Origin: Antedon mediterranea
Lineage: Eukaryota > Animalia > Echinodermata
DNA: 64,000 nucleotides
Direction of reading: 5' to 3'
Assembly: GCF_964355755.1 (NCBI RefSeq)
Contig: NC_092673.1
Coordinates: forward strand, 6,324,001 to 6,388,000
Shown here: piece by piece, positions 48,971 through 62,307 of the stretch
How the letters are laid out: each line of letters opens with the position of its first letter
Position numbering within the stretch: the first letter of the stretch is position 1
Notes under the pieces: generated by a model
Told to the model about the DNA's origin: nothing
What the model saw: only the letters and a program-made list of their open reading frames with translations
Databases searched by the model: none
Position numbers and translations under genes: made by a program

Positions 48971-50209
48971 TGAAAAATAAAAACTAGTTTGGCATTATTA
49001 ACAAATAGTGGTCGTTAAAAAAAGACAAGTGCATGCGCAATCACGATCAAAACCTGAATCTCAAATCTCAACCACGGACGGTATTCAATCCAAGGGTCAG
49101 ACATTATTAAACGCGCCGGACAGCATTAAATTGTTGGAAAACGCCCGCGAACCCGTTGAAACATGCAATTGGACACTATCCAATGCTGAAAAGTGTCCAC
49201 CCGGACACTTTTGAATGATGGACACATTTCAATCTTACACCGGAAGTAATATAATATACTGTACTGATGTTATTTTTAATCTAAAGTGCAGTTGTGATAT
49301 GGTTCAAAATACTTACAGCGCCCTCATTAAAAAAGTTTTACAAAACTTTGGAGGTGTATGTAAGTAATTGACTTGTATTTAAAATTTGCAAATGTTGGAA
49401 TGTTGCAACTATTTAAATGAGAGATAGTGATTAGAAATACAAGGATAATGCGTATGTGAACTGACTGATACAGTAAGCTTATACACATACAGTATTACTT
49501 TTATTTATAATATGGGCCATTTTGATTCAAGAATACGATCAACTAATGTACGCGCATTTTTATAAAATGATGGAATCAGGTTTGAGGAATCACGCGCGAC
49601 CCAAAAATATGATACCACTGCAATTACTTCATGCCATTGTATATACTTTCAATATATAAAGTATATTATACATACATATATAGATATTAATATAATGAAA
49701 ATCGTCGTTAATGCATTATGAAGAAGATTAAGCGCGCGTAGTAAAATCATTATTATCAAACGCCCAGAATAAATTTACAAAAATTAAACAGATACAACAA
49801 TTATTCCTACAACAAAAAACATATGGGCAGCATTTAGAGTTAAAATAGACAACCTGTAACACACCTGATGTATGTCTCACTAATTACCAATGCATCGGAT
49901 ACATTCCAGTCCATAATACGATAACGTCTTGAGGATTATTGGCCAAGCCGATGCCTCACTTGATATAACCCATAACTCATGGTAATTCACAATACCTGTA
50001 GGCCTACCATTTTAAGGTTTCAAACTTCAAAATGTGGTTTAGCAGGCAAGTCCATCATTAGAAGATGTATCAAAATCGATCGAACTAGCGACTACCGGTA
50101 TTTAAAATTGTCATATAGGCCTAATGTTGTTTTGAAATGTTATGAATTAACAAGACAGTTTCTGAAATTAGAATGAAGAGTTAAAACATAAGTACGTACG
50201 TACATCCTC

Positions 50210-50485
50210 TTGGAACACGGGCGTACAAACAGCGTTCCGTTTTCATCATGATTTCAAGACGAGCGTATAAACAACGTTCTGTTTTCATTTGAACACGCGC
50301 TACAATGTCATAATTTGATCAAGTGCGTAGAAACAGCGTTCCGTTTTCATCATAACTTGAACACGCACTTTATTGTATCATAATTTGAACACGCGCGTAC
50401 AAACCTATTATCATTTGAACACGCGCGTACAAACCTATTATCATTTAAACACGCGCGTACAAACCTATTATCATTTGAACACGCA
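50210..50485. repeat. Minisatellite (31-bp core units plus degenerate longer units)
   Basis: TTTGAACACGCGCGTACAAACCTATTATCAT about 3 times, with related upstream units. Confidence 0.85.
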
Positions 50486-51484
50486 GTTATAAATTATGAG
50501 ACTCGGTTTTACTGACGAATGATTCTGTAATTTTTTCGGAAAGTGTTACGCATTTTAATGTTTTAATTTAATCCATATAATTCAATTTATAATTACATTT
50601 TACTGTTGTGATTGTAAAAGTAATGGAACATATTAATGTAACTGCCTAAATTAATTACCAATTAAAAACAATCTCTTCCGTGGGTGGACCCAATGACGCA
50701 AAACGTTTTGTCTTTTAAAATAAAAATAAAGGCTGCAACCTGGTTTTGCCTCGTTCAAGTGGATATCATACGGTACCATGGAGAATACAGCATTAACAGC
50801 GTATTAATTGTTTCTCAACTTAAACACGCGGAATTAATTTCTTCCGAAAGTTTGCAATCAAAACTTTACTCCGAAAATACACAGACCAATGAATGAAGTC
50901 ATTTTATTGCACACACACTGAGCATTTGTGCCCGGAAAACGATCAAAAGGTACGCAAAAGTCACCCTGACTGTCGCACTGACGTGTTTCGCCTGAAGCCA
51001 ACCGAAGGCCGACTTGTATGATTGGTACGCTTTGGAACATCCCATTGCTTCTAAACTATATGTATGTTACAGTTATCGAGTATACGGGCAGCAGGGAAAC
51101 ACACGCGATAGACAGAGTACGGTTGCTAGACACAGTGGCTCCTAAATATTGGATAATACGTACACATTTAGTCTCCATGGAGAACTACGCATATTAATAA
51201 TAAACAAGCGATTTTTTGTTGACAACAACAAGGAATATTTATCAAACGCAAGGATTAATACGAGATTATTATTTAAAATCGAAGATATTATTTATCTTGG
51301 TTTATACACACAGCAAGGTATGTTTTTTTATCGTCTTGTTTTGAACTTTTGTGCATTTGTGATACGTGCCAACAAATAGTAACTCGTACATATAATAGTC
51401 CTTCTATTAATATTATGTGTGCGTACTTATCTTTGAATAATTATGTAGTCTATTACATTCTTTTGACTTTTTTTTAATTCAAAG

Positions 51485-54400
51485 GTTAATAAATTTGCAA
51501 AGAAATATAACATTAATATAGTTGTAGTTTCGATGCGCAACAACAAACTGCATTGGGATGGTAAGTGTGTATTAATATAATAGTTTATATATTTGAAATA
51601 AAGTATTAAAAAGTTAAAGTGGATGTTCAATTCTTTCGTTTATCGGATGTTTTCTCCTGCTATTTAGTGTCAATATATCTATCTTTAATAAGTGAGATTA
51701 CATACTGTTCCATTTCCAAAAATAAAGAAAAAACATCAACAAATATTACAATTTAAGGTTCGTTGTTAAGATGTACAAGATATTAAACAGTTTTGTGTTT
51801 TTAAATAGGAACAGAATCTGCAGTAAAAAAACTTTAAAAAAAATCAAGCAATAATTGAAGATGCCTTGAAGGAGGAGAAAAGAGTGACAGGTATTTGTTT
51901 AATCTTTTACGGGGTGTGGTGGCAAGATTGGTGATCTTTAATGTAATTTATGATGATAAAACAAACATAAATAAAAGGCAATAAAAGTCCAGGGTACGAT
52001 GACATATCCCCTCGCGTTGTTAAAGCCATTACAGATTATATAACTGTTCCCCTTACACATATAAAAAAAACTGTTCTTTCGTTTGTAAAATCAACAAAAT
52101 TAAAAATTATCGTCCTATATCAATCCTTCCAGTCCTATCCAAAATCCTTGAAAGAGCAATGTATTATAGACTATACACCTACTCAACGAAATATGCACTC
52201 TTAAACCCCCACTAATACGGATTTCGAGCTAAGCACTCAACCTCCCACGCCATACTTGAAACACATAATCACATTCGAGAACAAGAAATACTTAATTAGC
52301 GTATTCATGGACCTATCAAAGGCATTCGATGTAATGAATCATGATATTTTGCTTAAAAAGATGCATCACTATGGTATTCGAGGAACCGGCGTGAAGTTGG
52401 TTACTTATTCCTTATTCGATATTCAATTTTTTGTGTGAAGTTGGTACTTATTCGACATTCACATGTATGGGGCGCAAAATGTGTAATAATTTAATTAAAT
52501 TGTTTATACTTACGGCTTGGACTAACTAGGTCTATGATTTATAGGGCTATAATTACGTTATAAACGGCATGGACCGGGATGACGATACATGGATTGGGTC
52601 GAGTAGGGTCCATTCATTTCAGAAATATACCACTTGCCCCGGTCCATGCCGTCTAGCTGCCATTTTACGCCATTTTAAAACGTTAGAAATAAATAAAAGA
52701 TCAATTTTCATTGAAGGACCATCTTACTGGAATAAACTCCAGTCTACTCTAGAACAAAATCACATGACCTCGCTCCCTATACTAAAGTACAATATAAAAA
52801 AGATGATATTTGAAACATATTGCTAGCTACTATTGCTACTGCTACTGGAGTTGTAACTATTTTGCTTGATCTCACATTTTCAAAATGTCTCAAAATATCA
52901 TTTGTTTGTAATTGTAATTCGTCCGTCTATTTTTTTATGTTTTATGCTTAGGGACTACAAAGACAAGCCACTTTGGCTTCTGTGTGTCTTGACCATAAAC
53001 TATGTAAACTGTCTGTTGATGTTGAATAAAAGTTATTATTATAAAAAAAAACATAAACATGGAAACAAAATATTTTGACAAATGGACAAACATATTGACA
53101 GATATGTATCTATTTTTAGAAAATATAACAAATAAGCCTATAGAGGCCCACAGTGTTAAGGATCTGAGGAGCCGAATAACAAAATTAGCAAAGAAAGAAG
53201 GTATGTTGATAATTTTGAATAATAATGTCCAATTATATTCATATTATGTACTGTATGGATAGGACAGCTCAAGTGATATATAATATATATAACGATTTTT
53301 ACTCGGGGTAACCGAGTCTAGGACTCACTCATCTTCTCTTCCATCTGGACATTATTGAGCCAACTTTCAAGTCCTACTGAAACATGGCATGCATACACTA
53401 GGGTAATATGTGAACAAAGTTAAAGAGAAAATGTTCGTACTTCAACCGGATGCAGAATTATAACGTCATAAACATGGTACCAATCGCAAAAATGCGATTT
53501 ATAAAGTACTACTCCTCCCTTATTCGTTGTAGTATTGAGCTGGGATTTGGCATGGGTATACTACAGGGACCTCAAAGCTATAGAACCGAATATTTTAATT
53601 TCAACCTAGATGCAGCCATATAACATATGGAGATGGTACCTTTTACGATTTTCGTCGTAATATAGGCCTAGCCGTGTTTGGTGGCATTTCAAAGGTCTTG
53701 ACTTGGAGAATAAGAATATGTACAGTAAAACCTATTTATGATATTGTGACGTCACTTCTGCTCCCGAAAATAGCAAAAAAATCACTTTGAGATTTCATAA
53801 TTTACCGTAATTATGCCATTTCCGGTTATGTGACGTAACTTTTCGGAATATAGGTGTATTTGGTAGCGAGGTTATTGATGTGTATGTGACGTTACATCCT
53901 GTCTTATGACGTCATTACAGCTCATTTTGCTGTACCCCTAATATCGGACATTCGTGCTTGTTTAAAGAAATTAATAAAACTCATATTCTTTTTCTTCTTA
54001 TTGACGTTTACAATGGCTCTATTATACCTAGGCTACGGCAGGTGCCAGCCATTTTGGGGCAAAGAAAAGAATAGGCCTGAATGGTGGCCCGCAAACCAAA
54101 GATTCTGTTCGCCACGAACGTTTACAAAAGGTAGGCCTTTTTTATATTTTAATAATTATGTTAAAGATGTATTGTCCCTTTGACTAATTCCAAAAAAAAT
54201 AAAAAAATAAATATTTCGAAAAAAAGTATCATAATAATTATTAACTTTCACCAAAAATTAGTCGAAAAAAAATCATAACTGAAATACAGACATTTTTTTG
54301 TTAAAAAATAACTTTGACTTCCAGTCAAAGTTTTCGATCAAAACATATCTCATAATGCAACGCGCTTGTTTGGCTACTCTGTATGCATAATCATAAAACT

Positions 54401-55765
54401 TTCTCGAAATCTGTGTGAAAACACCTTCTCAACCATAAGGAGTTGTAAACAATCCTAATTAGCATCATTCATAATGCATACTCGTGGTTTGAAATCTTTG
54501 TTTACTTTTGCTCGCGACGATTTTCCAGATGAAATGTAATCAAATTAAATTACCTTTTAATTACGTAAACTGGTTGGTTTTGGCTCAAATTTTTGACTTA
54601 AAGTGAATATCTCTATGGTTTGATATGGCCAATTTAAATTTTATTTTTTGTGTTTCAAGGGACAATACATCTTTAACTAAATGCTTTCATGGACGTATCG
54701 TGAAAATTAATGGGCAGAGGTCAAAACGGAAAGGAAAGAAAATGTTTATTAGAATTTTCTTTTTTTTCAAATAAACTGATGAATATACAAATTAAGTAAA
54801 AATATATAGAACATACACTATGCCTACCTTCCAGACCGGTAAGTCAACATTTTGGTATGCGTTCATACAATCATTAACCTTTCAGATTTATTATTATTTA
54901 TTAATACATTAGTTTCTTTAATTTTTCTTTATTGGATACGGTTATGTTCTCTAAACTAAATTAGGAATTAATCAATGAAGAGTTTACTCTTCCCCGGATC
55001 ATTTATAGGCGATAAACGTATATATTTGCACCCAAAATCAGAGATGCCACGTTAAAATCGCCTGTGATATGTTCTTGTCAACAACCACCAAATTTATTTA
55101 TATTTTATTAAAATGCATATATTTTTTTTATAGCCGAGTGTATAGCAATCCTGAATGCGTGGCGCCAGAAATTTATTGGTATTAATTGGTACACATTCAA
55201 GAAGATTTATACTGTCAATGCAGTGATAAAAAAATATATATTGTAAGAAATTTCAATAAAAAACGAACACTTTTCTTAACATCTTTTCTTAAAGTATAAA
55301 CAACATGAGAGACAACAGTAGTCTCGTTCACATGTCTCCCTGATTGTGAGCCACACTTGACCAATGGATAATTGGTCTGTTAAAAGAAAGTAAAATGTGA
55401 AGCAGTGGGTGTACAGTACCTTAAAAGTCATTAGCAGATGTTAAATAACAGGTCATTGTAGCAAATTATCTTAGGCTTTATTATTTACTATGTTTGGTTA
55501 CTCTCTTTTTAGATATTGATGAATCTGAAGAAGAAATGTCAAGGACTTTAATCCGGGGATTTTTTAGGCATTGGAAAGCAGGTATATTTGAGTATAAAAA
55601 GTAAGTTGCGTATGAAAATTATAATTAAAAAAGTAAAGTTAATTTAAATTTTAATTTTGAGCATGGTTCACTGATAATATTTTGTAAACATACTATATTC
55701 TTGATGTTTCACTGAAAATCATGTTTGTTTCAGCTGCTCCAGGAACTAGTAAACAGAGGATGTAA
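51485..55765 (+). pseudogene. NRF1/EWG-like gene copy 2 (no exon 1 found; frameshift and stop in exon 3)
   Basis: Exons 51485-51560, 51809-51890, 53120-53200, 54032-54130, 55134-55178, 55513-55581, 55734-55765. Exon 3 is 10 nt longer than in copy 1, giving CTT TAA with the stop at 51835-51837. Exon 2 is 12 nt longer (VNKFAKKYNINIVVV). Confidence 0.7.
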
Positions 55766-55997
55766 GTATATGAATATACAGTATAGAATATAAAGAGTAA
55801 TTTTAATGTTACGTGATGAAAACAGTAATTAACAAATGGAAGAGAGTGGTGAATGTAGTCCATTACATTCTTTTGACTTTTTTTTTTAATTCAAAGGTGA
55901 ATAAATTTGCGAAGCATAACATTCCGGTAGTGATAGTTTCCTTGTATAACATCCAACTACATTGGGGTGGTAAGTGTATATTAATGTAATAGTTTAC

Positions 55998-58900
55998 GAG
56001 TGCTTGTCACCAAAAATCAGACATATTCGTAATTTAGTGGCAAGGGTCAAAATTTCGAATTGGCTCATATTTTGCACATTGGTAGACCTTGATGTAAGTA
56101 AACCTGATGTGTAGTTTGTTTGGTAAAATATCGCTTAGTTTTCGAGAAAATCGAAAAATAACGATTTTCGGCCAATTTTGTTAATTTTTGGTGTATAATT
56201 TACATTAAGTTTAACAGCCTCTGGAAGCCAAACGTAGCTACCTAGCGTTTAAATATTTTACACTTATGTTAACTAGCATCTTGACAATAATTAAGTAAAG
56301 TTTCAAAAAATTTGATGAAATTCTAAGATTTTTACTAATTAATTACTAATTAGCATATATAAAACTCTTAAAAAGTAGGGTAAAAACAAACGCGTTTTTT
56401 TTCATGTGCGACGAATTTTTTTTTAATAAAAAAATCATCAATCTAAAGTTTAGATACTAATATTTATGAATCAAGTAAAAAAAATTTGGGGAAACTTATT
56501 TGCGCTCCGCGCCAGAGCCACAAATTTGTAAGAAATTCAAAGATTTTATCTGTCGGCAAGATCAATCGGATGTACCTATTGTTCTCTATTTACATATTTA
56601 AGGTAAATTTTACTATGAGAAACAAACTTTAAAAGCTCCGCCCACTTTGTAAACAACTTGATCTGTGCGTGCGCAAGCATTACGAAAAACTTTAGTTACG
56701 TGCGTCGAGAACCTTATTTCTGAAAAATAGCGTCAATGAAAAACGTTAACCAAAACATGATTAAACATGCCTGGCTAGGCTTAGTCTCTAAACCCAAGGT
56801 ATTCCGTGATTTGTTTCAATACTTGTGGCGTATGTTGCGTGCGCTACACATGTGTTGCGTTCTACACTTCCCGTCGAAGCGCGAAATCAAAACGAGCAAG
56901 TACGTTAACGCAAATGTTCGCTGAACGCTGTTGTTATGCAAATGAGTAGAATGGTGACAACCGTTAACGTTCATGTGCGCGCTCGTGCAAAATTTCCTAA
57001 TAATTCGTGGCCTAAACAATAAATTATTGTTTTACCATTGTTTCACCCCTTCGCTTTATTAAAAATTTACAGAACGCGACTTAAAATACTAACAATTTAG
57101 ACAACAGAATCGTCCCACATTAAATTGTTATTTTAAAGAATTCTCACAGACACAGTTTTACCTTCGTTGCTACCTTAATCAATCGAGCAACTGCACGTGG
57201 AAACCAGCTTTCCAAGCAAATCAATGTATGGCTTCTTGCGCTTTATGGTTATATCTGTGGTATCAAGTTCAAGAGAAGTACACATTTCTTGCAACATTGG
57301 CAAAGAGAATCTGGAGAGTTTTTCTTGAGCTTTCAGTTCACAAATATTATGCCTTTCAAACATTATTGGATGCTGCAAGCCTATTGTGTCCAGTACGGTT
57401 TGCGACAAAATTTGAATTTCTCTTTCTTTTTCCGTTTTTGAATCGTCTCCATTTTCTTGGACTTCGTCACCATCTTCATTACTATCGTAATCATCATCTT
57501 CGTCATCATCATCATCATGAACGGCTGCATCTGTCCTCCTTTTTTTAGCTAAGCGTGAGAAAAAACTTGCAATCTGCTGTGCTGTTAAAAATTCACTCTT
57601 GCTAAATAGATGTGAACCATCGCTGTGCCTGGCCGATCTCATCTCTCGTGAGACATCACATGGATCAGCTTTCTGTCCTGTCTGCTCTCCAACGTCAAAA
57701 ACATCAATAAGGTAGGTTTTCTGTGGAACAGAAAATCGGGTTTTTTTTGCAGAGGACTTTAACGCCCAGCCCATTTGCAGGTCGGGGCCAATGTCAAACC
57801 GTGGCAAATCGTTGGTTCTTGTTGGTTCTGGATTTTTAGAAGTACCCTCTTCTAGTTGTGTTGCGTATAATTTCATTGCCCTGTCATATAGTGTTTCATG
57901 TTCTAGTGCGTTCTTGTGATTTTCATAATCTAAGTGTTTCTCTAGGGAAGAGTATCTCTGATATGACCTAATGCAACCTTGTTCGCGACAAAAGAACAGT
58001 TTGCTGGGGGTGCCAGGACTTTCTTCACTTTCTATTTGTTCGTCGTCATTTATATCAGCTTGTTCTTCATGAGATGTCTTGGCTTGTATTCTTGCTTTTA
58101 CTGTAATAAATGATACTTGATCAGACGTTGTATCCTTGTTATGAATTAAATTGGGTAGTTTCGAGGGCACACAGAATTTACTCAAAAGTAGATTTTGTCC
58201 TGCACCAATACCATACGCCATCCACACCTTCATGGACCTGCTTCCATACTCTATGTTGTTGATGTGACTCACACCTTTCCATTTCCCTGCTGCACAAATA
58301 GTACCAGTAGGTAAAGCACAAACTATGACTTTCACTCCAGGAATGCCTCCAAAGGACTCAATTGCTGCCTTCATCTGCTCTGGATTTTCAATATCTTTTC
58401 CTGAATTAAGATATTTATTCATGTGATTTTTGATATGGGCTGCCTTGCGGTCACATGCGCCCTTCCCCCCTTGAGGGTCCGAAAAATCAATACGTCGGAT
58501 TTTGATCTTCGTTTCTTTCGCTATCTTTGGTAACGAGAGTAATGTTAGGGCAGAGTGGTAGCATCCTGCATTATCTTGACGCAGATACACAGAGTGTATA
58601 TCGGGTGCAATAGATGGCAGCTGCCTCAACACATCGTCGATGATTGCCACAACAGTAGTACTATCCTGACTGCAAGATTTAAAAATATGCACAAACGTAA
58701 GCATCTGTACCTCTCTATCTTTATTCTTTTTCGTCAAGACCGTTATGTGCCACGGAAATCCACGCTTTCCAAACCAGTCTCTTTGGCTTTCGCGGTATTT
58801 ACGTGGTACAAACTTCATCGCCCAGTCTAAAACAATTAGGGCACAACCAGGATTCAAATCTCCTAAAATATCATGTCGTGCAGCGTCTTGGTTAATGGAT

Positions 58901-61900
58901 CTTAAGATATGCGCCTTCCACGTCTCGATGTCTTGGACTGACCGTGTAATTACGTACTCCATGTCATCTTTTTCTTCAGAAGAGCAGCGCACTTCGTTTA
59001 AAGCTTCAAGAATTTCAGACAAAGCTTCTGGAAATATACGACATCTGTCACATCTTGCATTGTGGTCATGATCACAGACAGTCTGGTAATATTTGTCTTC
59101 GCAAGAACTAAGAGCATACGCCCTACAATGATCGGCAACTTCAGAATGGTTAGAAATGTGAATCTGCAATAATATATAAAAGGAATTGTATAAAAAATGT
59201 AATTAGTCTTGAATGTTTCTTACATGCTTTACTGAGCAACATACAACGCGCTACTTTGCCTTTTTTATTATATTGTTTTTCTATTTATACTGTAGCAGTT
59301 ACCAAGATATTTAAACAAGATTGTTATTACCTTATAGTCACCTTTTAGGTAGCGCTTGGCATCTTTAAGTTTTTGGTTTGTTTGTTTGGCCCAAGTCAAA
59401 CCCATTTCATAGCAATCTCCCAGCTTATCAACGATGTTCTCCAGGTCATCGAAGGCTTTTCCACCATTGGCAGAGATATAATCAAGGCCCTGTAAGGATT
59501 TGCGTACAGAAGCAGAACAAACACTGAGAACTCTACGCAATATACTGCGGCTCATAGGTTGAAAATTCTTCTCTTGACAGTAACTCTCGTATTGAAGAAT
59601 ACATTGTTCTGGGATAAGATTACGCACAACATTTGGGATTTTTATAACTCTGTCTGTAGAAAGTTTTAGAGTTTTTTCTCCAAATGGCAAGTCTTGTATA
59701 ACTTGAGAACTTGTTATAAAGGTAACAAAGTGGTCAATTTTCCCTGGCTGTACGCATACTCTAGTGTTCTTTAGAGGTTGAATTACAGAACCTCTACCAT
59801 GTAACAATAAATGGTGTTTGGCCACGTTAAAACGGTATCTAGTCAAGTTAGGTATCCATTTCTGCAGTTCCTTGAAGGTAACCTTATCAACCATGATCGA
59901 TAAAATCTGACGTCTTGTACTCCAGTGGTTAGTATGAAGATAGCATTCTGATAGAGCATCTAATAGAGAAGAATCGGTTCTTTCGTCAGCTTCTGTGGTT
60001 TTATCACTTGATAAGCCTTCAAGTAGAGTAGTCGACTGACCAGGTGCGATTTCTTCCAGGCACATAGAGACAACTTGACAAGCCTTGCGCATGTGGAAAC
60101 GTTTAGTACGGTCTGAAACTTGCTCCAGCGGTGCAGATAAAGGATATCTAATTGGACTGACGTCCCTTGAATTGAGAAATGCATTTAATTTTTCTCTTGG
60201 TGTAGATTGAATTGATTCATCTTCTGAGGTAGCTGAAGCAAAAGTTGGATCGCAAAATTGATATAGGCTCATTTGAGTATCCATAACATCACACGCCGGT
60301 GTTTGACAAGTTGGAGTGGCTAATGGCATGTAAAACTCATCCTTATTACTTTCCTGAAAATAAGAATAATGTTGGTAAAAAATTACTACTGACTTTGATT
60401 CAATTATTGACGCACTGATTCGTGATATATATAAAATGATGATGACAATGGCAGGGAATGCAGAAAATATTCCTCCTACCACCAACATAGGAAAAAAAAA
60501 TGAACAAAGTAACATGAAACACATTATTTACTTAATCTTTCCGCCAATAAATGCGTATTCATAAATGTCATACTGTACGGTATTTTTTAACTTACAGTTG
60601 TTAGTGCGCTCATCTGATCGACGAGACTAGGGTTATTTGTTTCAGTGTTCGAGGTTACAGGTAACAATGACTTCAGCATCTTACGGCAAGTTGAACAGAT
60701 ACCTGATAAAAAGCGTAAAAACATTTACTTACAGGGTTTTGTTTAACAGTTTAAATTACATTAAATATATAAAAATATAAAAATTAAATTATATTTACCT
60801 GAACCAACTTGCAGTAAAGTTCCTGTTTTCTTTAATATTAGTTGCGAATCTTCTTTGCTAATACCCCTATCGCACTTGGGTCCCTTTCCTTTGCTTTGGA
60901 TGTGATTAGAGAGATCAGGCGGCACTCTACATCTGTTGTTATTTCCTCGAGACCAACCTAAGCCAAGTTCCGATCGATGCAAGGGACAAACAGTCCAACT
61001 ATGTATATCAGCGGGCAAGGTAAACATGGCTGCTCGACTAAGAATTAGGTCTACCTCACTATCGATGCCCGTAAACCTAAACATGTGTCTGTGTGCAGCG
61101 ATTTCCTTCTGGCATGCTTGTAAAGGTAGGACTTCAGTGCTCTGTTTGCGGTCTTTTCTATCGAATCCACAAGCTCCGCCAACAACCGATTTAAAAGAAC
61201 ATGAAATCTCCATCTTGTTTGAACTTAAAGCCATCAGACAATAAGTATATATAAAAATTATTTTCAACACGTCTTTACATTGTAAGACATAAACTAAAAT
61301 GGATAACAAATCAGTTCCGTTGTCAACGCCAATGAAGATATCGTTGTCTATCGAATATATGCAGTAAAGTGTTTTGTCTACTGTGGTTAATGTTTTGAAA
61401 CATTCTCGCTGAGTAAGTTCGACCAGGTTCGACAAACAGGCAAACGATAACAAGTTAAAACAAATGTGTTTTTCAGTTTTATCCTATAAACTATGAGAGG
61501 ATGGAATAATTTATAATAATGTGGTTTGACAAAGAATAAGCGAGTGATTTTTAGTTAATTGCTTAATTTTGTATATTGATTAGTAATTGAAATTTTACCA
61601 GAAACGTATTTTTAGTTTGTGTTTAAATTGCAACTTAATTCAAAATTATTCCAGGAACTTTCAGTTATCTTTCAATTTTGTTTCGCGTAATAAAAGTTTA
61701 GCTCAAAGCGACTTAGATTGCTAAATAGATAACAATAGGTACATCTGATTGATCTTGCCGACAGATAAAATCTTTGAATTTCTTACAACTTTGTGGCTCT
61801 GGCGCGGAGCGCAAAATAGTTTCCCCAAATTTGTTTTACTTGATTCATAAATATTAGTATCTAAACTTTAGATTGATGATTTTTTTATTTTAAAAAAATT

Positions 61901-62307
61901 CGTCGCACATGAAAAAAAACGCGTTTGTTTTTAACCTACTTTTTAAGAGTTTTATATATGCTAATTAGTAATTAATTAGTAAAAATCTTAAAATTTCATC
62001 AAATTTTTTGAAACTTTACTAAATTATTGTCAAGATGCTAGTTAACGTAAGTGTAAAATATTAAAACGCTAGGTTGCTACATTTGGCTTCCAGAGGCTGT
62101 TAAACTTAATGTAAATTATACACCAAAAATTAACAAAATTGGCCGAAAATCGTTATTTTTCTATTTTCTCGAAAACTAAGCGATATTTTACCAAACAAAC
62201 TACACATCAGGTTTACTTACATCAAGGTCTACCAATGTGCAAAATATGAGACAATTCGAAATTTTGACCCTTGCCACCTAATGTTTGATTTTTAGTGACT
62301 GGCTCTC
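55998..62307 (-). mobile_element. Sola3 DNA transposon, apparently autonomous (6310 bp)
   Basis: GAG...CTC termini. ~590-bp TIRs (55998-~56592 and ~61722-62307). 4-bp TSD TTAC at 55994-55997 and 62308-62311. The paralog shows the empty site with a single TTAC at 26715-26718. Confidence 0.9.
57175..61213 (-). CDS. Sola3 DDD transposase, 4 exons, 1177 aa
   Basis: Minus-strand exons 61213-60799, 60702-60596, 60353-59331 and 59163-57175; all GT-AG and in frame with no stops. Catalytic-type motifs VLDWAMKF, SQRDWFGKRG.PWH, RQDNAGCYH, FSDPQGGKGACDR. Cys/His clusters (CPLH, CSTC, CDRC, CxxxxC..H). Confidence 0.88.

Larger units (their letters stand above)
34923..49239 (+). mobile_element. Probable full-length Ginger1 DNA transposon (~14.3 kb including nested insertions)
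   Basis: CCGG|TGTAAGATT... at 34919-34923 and ...AATCTTACA|CCGG at 49239-49243. Imperfect ~65-bp TIRs share TGTCC, AAAGTGTCC, GGACA and TTTTCAGCATTG. They enclose the Gypsy-type integrase gene with no RT, gag or protease. TGT termini and a 4-bp CCGG-type TSD fit Ginger1. Confidence 0.7.

Noticed and set aside
51290-51325. Alternative first exon for NRF1-like copy 2 (CAAG|gtatgt at 51317)
   Set aside because: A good donor site, but no similarity to exon 1 of copy 1 and no clear in-frame ATG. Unsupported without transcripts.
57228-59071. Plus-strand ORFs inside Sola3 (also 60936-61244) and antisense ORFs over the LINE, univin and Ginger genes
   Set aside because: Shadow frames of real coding sequence on the opposite strand, with no independent motifs.
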